Position numbers and translations under genes: made by a program. The notes below the pieces were generated by a model. The model was not told the DNA's origin. It worked only from the letters and a program-made list of their open reading frames with translations, and did no database searches. Below are positions 14,301 to 22,490 of a stretch of 64,000 nucleotides of DNA, in pieces (positions within the stretch are counted from its first letter, which is position 1; each line of letters starts with the position of its first letter). This stretch comes from Iphione sp. A-MEVVRFRX5 (lineage: Eukaryota), in the NCBI GenBank assembly GCA_976226885.1, contig OZ320314.1, forward strand, positions 35,836,001 through 35,900,000, given 5' to 3'.

Positions 14301-17300
14301 GAATGACTTGCCTGAAATAAATACCATTTCACACAAGTTTATAGCAAAGGCAATTAGTTGTACGGTATTCCCCCCTCATTATACTGTTCGCCAATGTTGG
14401 TTTCTATGTTGAAGTATATGATGATGTAATTAAAAGAATGATGTGATTGCGTTTGAATACATCACAATTAACTACGTGTTCATGCAGATTAGTCCCGTGC
14501 TATTAATGTGACTAGCGTGACCTGCTCAGCATGTGGTTCCATTCGTGGGAATATAATCCAAGGGAAAGCCCCAAGCCCCAAGGCCTAAAACGTGGACCCC
14601 TGGATATTTACCCTTCCGTTTATCAATGCCTGAGTATTATTTGCATACTATTGACCACAATAATGCGCCGAAGAGCAAGCGTCAATGAGGTGGTTGTGCA
14701 ATAAGTTCTTCCCTCTCTCCATCTTTACCCTGCAATGCCACAGACCCTTAGTCCACGGCTGCGTCATTTGTAATGTAGAGAGGACCCTGATCAATCATTT
14801 CTAGCGAGCGTTGGTACCACTCATGGATCGTAGCAAAACCCGGTCGCTCGTGTTTGGTTAACTGGAAGTTTTTCCAATGTATACATTTGATCATTTATGG
14901 CCTGACTTTATTTTTAGCCAGAGAAAATATTTTTTTTAGAAAGTGGAAAAAATACCACGACAACACAGGCATCATCTATAGGCGCACATTACTTCAAAAA
15001 AGGAACCTGTGCTCATATACATACACGTATATGTATGGATGAAGACTACTGAAGCAGTACCACCTATGTTCACGACTATCCCGCGACGCTCATCTATTTG
15101 ACGTTGGGAGCATTTTTTTCTACTTGCTTGCTTCCTTGTCTTCACCATGCGACTTTAAAAAAGTGATGCATGTAATTGGATGCTATTTTTGTCAACTTTA
15201 TTGAGAAGCACGCCAAGCAAAACGTGTCTAAATTAGGGGTGAATAGTTCCGTCCCTAGACTTTCCGTTTCATATACATTAAAGCTCTATTTTGCACCTAC
15301 CTAAGAGCATATGGGAACTGTTTGTAGAAAGTAAATTGGAAAGCACAGGCTGTATAATTATTGTACCACTTATGCGGGGCAATATGATGATGGATCATGC
15401 TGACAAATCAGCTACCTGTAATGATATTGACCTCTTAATTAGGAAGGTAACATTTTGGATCACTAGAACGAAAACAGCGCTTCTTACTAAGTACAATCAA
15501 CACAAGAGCCCGTTAAACGCGTAAAGGGAATATTGGAGAAACATGTTCCCCTTGTTAACGGTTTAAGTCCTGAATATGCATTGAGGCATTACCAGGCCAG
15601 GACAGGAGGGGCTTGAAGACACTATGTCAAATAAATGCTTAAATATATTTGAACTAAAATCTTTCATGGCTGAAGACTGTGAACCACGTCGAAACGTAGT
15701 GACCAATGAACCTACTCGTATCAACACAATCGTCGTTGGATTTTTTTTTCTACAAACTCCTGAGATTATTATAGTAACAAAGTGATAAATGTATATATAG
15801 ATTATGTGATCATTTTCTAAATGCACATACCACAATTATTAGTTAATCACAGCCACTAGTTGCTCCGGATTGATAATATTATAAACAGTTTTGCCCCCTT
15901 TTGCCCCCCTGGGGCAAGTCTGCACTTAAAGGCGCGCCCTTCTCAGAGACCATCATAACCACCAGCCGTCGTGAATTGGTTAAGGGCAGCAGAATATTGG
16001 ACAATACATGTACAGCGCAATCAATGCAAAATCTGTGTGAGAGAAACCGTGTCAATATTTTGATTTGATTGATTATTCGATGTAAACATTGATAGTTATA
16101 CATTAGAATTCTAAACGTCTGCCAAGTGATAGAGCTATCAAGCCTAGAAAAGAGCTTCCATTTAGAATGTCATTGTAAACTGTTCATTTGAGAGCAGTGT
16201 CTTTTCTCTTGCCTAATTGCATCATTTATTTTCCAAGCAGAACACCGGCAGGGCCATATTGCTCGTTATTTTAAGGTCTAACATTCCCTCCCTTAATGGA
16301 TCCAGCCTGCTCTTTTCTCATAACCAGTTCCAATTCGGACTGGTCGCGCCCATCTCGTATTGTCTTAATTTTCTCAAGTTCACGGCACATATTTGAGAAG
16401 GATTCCCCCCTCTTTTCATTTACTCGTCGGTATCTTTCCCTCACTATCTTCTTTTTCCCCCATGGAGATTCTACACAACAGTTGTATTTCATTCACTCAT
16501 TAACCGCGGCCATGGCGACAGTGCTCCACTTAGTGCGCTACAGCGTGATGTCCCAGAAAACAGTTGATCCCGACGACATTACAGTCTAGACGAAGTACTT
16601 AGGGGTGATACAGATGTTTCCTCGTGCGCCTCGCTCTAGTCACTTCAGTTTTTCCCTCTTATGCACCGGAAAGAAGTTTTTAGGGCGAGACTAAATGAAT
16701 CTCATGGGATGTGTACCATTTGATGAACATTATTTGCGGGATGGGGGCCCTCCATGTCCACTGTTGGAATTACCTCTGTTTTGTTCCGATAACTCACTTC
16801 TATGCCATGGGTCCGTGTCTGTGGACATTAACCAATAAAACTAAATCTGAATGCCAGTTCCATGAAGAAAGATTCCTTCTGTTCAACAACAGTCACCCCC
16901 TGAGAAGATGTGCGTGTGCAAAGGCTGTCGAGCTTTGACCGGAAGTGGGCAGGGTCACTGGCGGGTCCCGAAGTCGGTGGCGTTAGCAGGGAGGGCTGCT
17001 TTCTCATCATCGGCGATAATACGTGTGATGTTTGTCAGCGACGGTGGCGTATTGTTGACAAGGCCATGTTAAATATTTGTCAGCGTCAGGCCGTAATTGG
17101 CGTAAGTCGCGTGCGGATTAACGGAGAAAGGTTTCGCCGGCGGCCAGGGTGGACGCTGGATTAACAAGGCCTGGCACAAGCCAAAGCCTCGCTTAATTCG
17201 CACCGTCCTGCCACCCGTCCTACCGCGCCACTCAAATCAGGGGCGCCATCGCGTGAAACAACATGAGTCAGTCACTATTGTCTGCGGACTCTCTGAATGT

Positions 17301-18071
17301 TTGAAGTGATGATTGTCTGAGGCCGGCATAGTTTTATGACCTCGTGGTGTCGCCATCTAGCTGTCGCGCCGTGGACTACGCGGTATCAATCTTAGGTCTC
17401 TTGCTTCCTCGGGCGTCGGGGATATTTTCAATTCTGACAGAAGATAAACAGTCGCCAAGGCAGGAATACGTCACCGACGTGCCTTGATTGTAGGGCCTGT
17501 TGTGACAGACGAGGGTCGTTGGGGTCAGGCGCTCAGATGGGGGGCGGGGAATTTTCACGGGCTCACACTTGACCTACAGGGTTAAAGAAGGGCACTTTGC
17601 TCCATGAGAAGTAGAGTCGTTCGTGGGGGCATGGGACGATCAGACAGGAACTGTTCCAATACTCCTTCGGGAGACAAGTTCATTAAGATTTATTGATAAG
17701 CGATGTGCAGTGATGAAGCCGAAAGCGTGGTTAGGGTAGGAAGGAAGCGCCAGGCTGCCCAGGCATCATCACAGCCGCTCAGGGTCTGGGCGCAGAGGAG
17801 CACGATAATCTCAGTCCTACTTGCCGGGACATGCCCCCGTGCAATCTCAGGGAGGCTAACAATACGGTACGCATCCCAATTATCCAGATAAGGAAGCCGC
17901 TGGGTCTGATATTTCTGATTTCCTCTGACCTAAAGAATTCCAACCACATTAATATGTTGATTTCGGACTGTATGCGAATGGAATTGAATGTTGTACTTAA
18001 CTGTGATCATTTCGTGAATATATTGGACGATTTCGGGGCATTTGATGTCATTTTTGAAATGATCGAAATGG

Positions 18072-18090
18072 TTTTTTTTTTTTTTTTTTT
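18072..18090 (-). repeat. Poly(A) tail of the LINE (19 uninterrupted T on the plus strand)
   Basis: Direct sequence; 5 nt from the AATAAA on the minus strand. Confidence 0.9.
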
Positions 18091-18095
18091 AAACT

Positions 18096-18101
18096 TTTAT
18101 T
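18096..18101 (-). terminator. Polyadenylation signal AATAAA of the LINE
   Basis: Plus-strand TTTATT adjacent to the poly(T) tract. Confidence 0.75.
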
Positions 18102-18105
18102 TATA

Positions 18106-18125
18106 CTGACCACCACTGGCGTCAG
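18106..18125 (-). other. 3'-terminal stem-loop of the LINE RNA (CUGAC...GUCAG)
   Basis: 5-bp perfect stem, extendable by G-U, C-G and C-G pairs around an AGU loop with one bulged G; directly upstream of AAUAAA. Confidence 0.45.
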
Positions 18126-18188
18126 ATAACGTTACAATTCTTGTATTTCAATCTTAATTACTAAACTATATACATTTATATATACAAT

Positions 18189-18206
18189 ATCAGACCGACG
18201 TCTGAT
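18189..18206 (-). other. 3'UTR hairpin ATCAGAC-4 nt-GTCTGAT
   Basis: Perfect 7-bp inverted repeat with a 4-nt loop in an otherwise AT-rich UTR. Confidence 0.5.
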
Positions 18207-18333
18207 TATACAGAATATTGATAATCATTTGATGGTAGGAGTATGTACACTATATACATAAGAGATTGATTTAAACCATTAATATTGTTTTTTTGTGAGA
18301 CATATCAAAATTTACGGATACATGGTAAACTGT

Positions 18334-21162
18334 TTATGACACTTTCCAGTTCTCTTTGGTTAGACGATGGAATAGTTCCTCCTTTACATTTCTCTTGAAT
18401 TGGTCCTTAACTGGAACCTTCAAACTGTCATTGAGCTTGTTCCAGAAAGATGTTGCCATAAATAAGGGGTCTTTACGATAGCTGCATTTTTTGGGCATCG
18501 TGATAGGTAGGTTGCATTGTCTGAATTTGCTTTTTGATTTTTTTATTTGAAATAGCGGATATAGATATTTGTGATATGTTGACAAGGAAAAATATTCACT
18601 TCTTAACTGTAGTGGCAGAATTCCAACTTCTTTGCAGATAATGTTATAATTCTGTTTGAATTTCCCTGTTGCTAATCTTATTGCCTTTTCTAATTGTTTT
18701 TCTAGTTTTGTAAAGCCGAGTGATGAATAACAGTGGATGGACCCAAGACCGTACTCAAGTATTGGAATAAAATATGTCTTCAAAACTTGAATTGCTATTT
18801 TTCTGTTGATTCTTGCTGATTGGCGAATTGTATTCATTAGTACGCATGATTTCTTCAATTTACTCGAGAGCTCTAGGTTCATATCAAGATTTTGGTCTAG
18901 TATGACTCCAAGATATTTGTAGTGTTCAACGTGGTGAATAGTGTGATTATCTATTGTTATTTCTAGCTTTTTACCATTAGACTTATTTCTTTTGTGACAG
19001 AATAACATGGACTCAGTTTTAGTCATATTCATTCTGATACCATTGATTTTACACCACGTGTTTAATCTATTTGCGTCCTCAGTTAACTTTTCTTCAATAA
19101 ATTGAATATTCTTACCCTCTATTAAAAGTATGGTATCATCAGCATACATAATACTGTGTGCATGCTTTAATGTTAGGATACTGTCGTTGATGAAAAGGCT
19201 AAAGAGGAGGGGGCCTAAAATGCTACCCTGGGGTACGCCTATTGTCATTGGTAGAGGAGACGATATGTGGCTTCCTATTTTGGTAGTAATTGATCTGTTG
19301 GATAGATAGGATCTTATCATTCTCAATTCTGTGGTCATTCCCATTGTGTTCAGTTTTTCTATTAAGATATTATGCTGAATACTATCGAAAGCTTTCTGAT
19401 AGTCTATGAAGAGGGCTCCAACAATGTTGTTTCTGTTAATAGCGTCATGAATATAGTGCAAAACATCATTTAGGGCATCAATGGTGGACTTTCCTTTTCT
19501 GAAACCATATTGTGAGGGTGCAAGTAGATGATTATATTCAACATAGTCTGTTATTTGATTTGAGATAATTCGTTCGAGAATTTTACTCAAAGCCGGCAAA
19601 ATACTGATGGGCCTATACGAGTTAGCGTCATAGAGATTACCTTTGTTTTTGTACAGTGGCGTAATGCAAGCTGATTTCCATGCGATAGGGAAAATTTTTT
19701 GTTCAATACATACATTGATTAAATATGTTAATTCCTGATTAGTCTCCATTAGACATGATTTAAGTATTCTAGTCGTACATTTATCTATTCCAGATGGTTT
19801 AGATTCATTTAAATTTTTAATCAATCTTGAAATGTCTTCATTACTTACCGTGTGTATTACTAGTGGTATTTTACTCACTGTGACAAATTCAGTTATCCAT
19901 GGATGTGTTGGGTTAGATGAAGATTTTCCTATGACAGAGAAATGTTGATTGAACTTGTCGGTTGTATCAGCAGTTGTTAGGACTGTACCGTTTTCTTTCA
20001 AATTCACAGTTGAAGTCTTTTTGCTATATCCTAAAAGCCCCTTGAGAAATTTCCAATATTTTTTGGGATTGTCCTTATTAGTCGAGATTTGGTTGCTTAC
20101 GAAATGAGATTTATCCTCAATAAGAGATTTTTTACTCTCTAAGTTTAATTTACGTGCTTCCATAAATAAAGTTGGGGATTTTAGCATGATTGCCTTTTTG
20201 AACGTAACATTTTTGTGGGTAATTAACGATCTTGTACGTGCTGAGATCCATCTGTCTTGTGTTTGAATGTTCTTGCTTATTTTTAACGGAGATACCTGTT
20301 CTAGAAGATGAATTATAATTTTCTCATAATACGTTGCCATAAAGTCAGGGTCTCTGGATGAGTAAAATGGAGACCAGTCAGCCTTTATTGCAACATGGTG
20401 ATATTTTTGTTGGTGTGAGATTTTCCATGCTCTATAACTGAAGGGCCGTGGCGTATTAGTGATCATCTTTATGTCCAGTTTAATTGATATTGCATGGTGG
20501 TCGCTTAGAAAAGTAGGTATTACTTTAACAGTAGCATTGTTAAATTCTGTAGTAATGATCAGATCAATACAGGAACTAGAATTCGAGCTAAATCTAGTTG
20601 ATGTTTTAACAAGTTGTCTCATATTGAAGTTCATAGATAAATGAAGGAGATTTATTCTATTGCTGTTATTAGTGTCTAGGAAATTAATATTGAAGTCCCC
20701 GATTAAGACTACTCGTTCTCCGTTCTTAATAGTGTGTTCTAAGATTATGTCAAGATGTTCTAGAAATTTGGAAATATTACCCTTAGGAGGTCGATATATA
20801 GTGATTAATACTATGTCACTACCGGATGGTGGGGTAATACTAATAACAGCGATTTCACAATCAATGCAGCTCGTATTGAGAACTTTCCATCTCTCACTGT
20901 CTAGGGGAATTTTGTTATTGTAATAGACTACTATTCCACCGCCTATTCCATATTGTCTGTCCCATCGGAAAACATTATAATTGTGCAGGTTAATCTGTTC
21001 ATTCGAGTCCAAATTGTTTAACCATGATTCTGTGAAAACAAATACATCCGCTATGACGTTACTAAGTAAGTGATTACATTCTAGTAACTTGGATCTTATG
21101 CTGCGTATATTTAAATGAAAGATGGTGAAGAAAGTGTCAAAAGCTACTTGATTGCATGCCAT
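18334..21162 (-). CDS. LINE ORF2: AP endonuclease plus reverse transcriptase (942 aa)
   Basis: APE motifs at aa about 13-228 (20479-21126): HLNIRS, FTESWL, RWDR..GGGIVVY, IYRPP, IGDFNIN, CIDLII, LSDHHAI. RT motifs at aa about 455-756 (18895-19800): YRPISILPALSKILE, QYGFRKGKST, FIDYQKAFDSI, GVPQGSILGPLLF, YADD (19135-19146), YKYLGVILD. No RNase H or C-terminal CCHC knuckle seen, consistent with the CR1/L2 group. ATG context atcATGG. Confidence 0.97.
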   Translation of the reverse strand: MACNQVAFDTFFTIFHLNIRSIRSKLLECNHLLSNVIADVFVFTESWLNNLDSNEQINLHNYNVFRWDRQYGIGGGIVVYYNNKIPLDSERWKVLNTSCIDCEIAVISITPPSGSDIVLITIYRPPKGNISKFLEHLDIILEHTIKNGERVVLIGDFNINFLDTNNSNRINLLHLSMNFNMRQLVKTSTRFSSNSSSCIDLIITTEFNNATVKVIPTFLSDHHAISIKLDIKMITNTPRPFSYRAWKISHQQKYHHVAIKADWSPFYSSRDPDFMATYYEKIIIHLLEQVSPLKISKNIQTQDRWISARTRSLITHKNVTFKKAIMLKSPTLFMEARKLNLESKKSLIEDKSHFVSNQISTNKDNPKKYWKFLKGLLGYSKKTSTVNLKENGTVLTTADTTDKFNQHFSVIGKSSSNPTHPWITEFVTVSKIPLVIHTVSNEDISRLIKNLNESKPSGIDKCTTRILKSCLMETNQELTYLINVCIEQKIFPIAWKSACITPLYKNKGNLYDANSYRPISILPALSKILERIISNQITDYVEYNHLLAPSQYGFRKGKSTIDALNDVLHYIHDAINRNNIVGALFIDYQKAFDSIQHNILIEKLNTMGMTTELRMIRSYLSNRSITTKIGSHISSPLPMTIGVPQGSILGPLLFSLFINDSILTLKHAHSIMYADDTILLIEGKNIQFIEEKLTEDANRLNTWCKINGIRMNMTKTESMLFCHKRNKSNGKKLEITIDNHTIHHVEHYKYLGVILDQNLDMNLELSSKLKKSCVLMNTIRQSARINRKIAIQVLKTYFIPILEYGLGSIHCYSSLGFTKLEKQLEKAIRLATGKFKQNYNIICKEVGILPLQLRSEYFSLSTYHKYLYPLFQIKKSKSKFRQCNLPITMPKKCSYRKDPLFMATSFWNKLNDSLKVPVKDQFKRNVKEELFHRLTKENWKVS

Positions 21163-21282
21163 GATAATGTTTCAAGGAATACATAAAGTATTAGATTTAG
21201 CACAGTCTCAAGACAAAAACAAGAAACAGTATGTACATTTAGCGGCATAAGCAATTCAGAAATCATGCTTACGCAGCTTGAT

Positions 21283-21295
21283 TGGCTGCCGGGGG
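21283..21295. repeat. Spacer arm of a 13-bp perfect inverted repeat (TGGCTGCCGGGGG); partner at 24573-24585
   Basis: Exact reverse complement of CCCCCGGCAGCCA at 24573-24585. Confidence 0.85.
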
Positions 21296-21779
21296 GCAGA
21301 TAACTGAGTAATTGTAGACACATACTTCCACAGATTGTATCTTTATTTCTTGGTTACATAGGAACTCAAGTGGAGTTCAAGCAGTGTGTTTACATCGGTC
21401 TCATTAGTGGAGAACCAGGATGTGGCGTTTGATTATTTCAACTGTGTCTCAAAACGGAGACAATGTGATATTTTTGTAACCAATTGTTCCAGTCATATGG
21501 TCAAATATACATTGATATAGTTAGGTATGCGGGTATAACAATATGCACTCAGTTGGCTAAGATACTGATGTCGACTTAGCAGCAATATAGGGCAAACCAT
21601 AACTTGTCATTTCACACCTTGTCATATGTCATCATTTTAGCATGCATAACGATAGCTAGACATAGTGATACCCTGGTTAGGATATGTCATTATTTCGATA
21701 AGTGTATTTCCTAACATGTATGTGCCGATATCACGTTTCAAGTGTCAATTTTTAAATTTGAGCACTCATGGTAAATCAG

Positions 21780-22487
21780 TTAGATGTTCAATCGTCCTAT
21801 AAATCTCGATAGAGCACTTATCATCTCACGTCGTCCTTGTACGTTCAGATGACAACCGTCACTGTAACGATGAAGCCGATTTGTATCTCGCCCATTAGCA
21901 CGTCCATGAACGATGCAGCCAGTATGAGGTGTCGGTGAGCCATGTAGTCCATTCAATGCCAGGATCTGTCTGTTCACCAGGTGTGCTGCCCGGTTTAGAG
22001 CCCTCTGCGTCTGGTCTACTCTCTGCGTCTGGTCACCAGTCTCTGAAATTACTCCATTGCTCATATTAGCATTGTATCTCATAATGTCAGGGGCCAATAT
22101 CTGAGAAAAGACAATATATGTACTTGGTAGGTAACTAGACAGAGCTTCATACGCATCTTGTACTTTTGCTATGTAGGATTCACAAATAACATACGGATCA
22201 GTGTCGATCGCTGAAATTTGACGTCCACGAGAGCCATCTGGTAACAATGCATTTCGGTTTAGTTTTGTAATATCATTGGTACCTACCAGAAGGACGAGAT
22301 AAATTGGTGCATCTGTGAAAACAAATGATAGTATCTCATGTACTAGCCTTGATACTGTCGCTCCTGGGAATATATGAAAAGGACAGTTTAGACCATTGCG
22401 CAAAAGTCCACGATGGAGATTTCTTCCATGTGAATCGCAGAAGAAATGTATTGGTAATGGAAGTGAATCAGGGTCTACCTCTAACAT
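21780..22487 (-). CDS. SGNH/GDSL hydrolase (esterase) ORF of the LINE (235 aa)
   Basis: All four SGNH blocks in order: FFCDSH (GDS-like, catalytic Ser), FPGAT (Gly), VGTND (Asn), DGCHL (DxxH). SGNH esterases are established components of ORF1 in some CR1/L2/RTEX elements. Confidence 0.9.
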   Translation of the reverse strand: MLEVDPDSLPLPIHFFCDSHGRNLHRGLLRNGLNCPFHIFPGATVSRLVHEILSFVFTDAPIYLVLLVGTNDITKLNRNALLPDGSRGRQISAIDTDPYVICESYIAKVQDAYEALSSYLPSTYIVFSQILAPDIMRYNANMSNGVISETGDQTQRVDQTQRALNRAAHLVNRQILALNGLHGSPTPHTGCIVHGRANGRDTNRLHRYSDGCHLNVQGRREMISALSRFIGRLNI

Positions 22488-22490
22488 TTC

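Noticed and set aside
22003-22034. 18-nt in-frame duplication in the esterase (DQTQR x2)
   Set aside because: Real but small; most likely a neutral slippage insertion in a loop.
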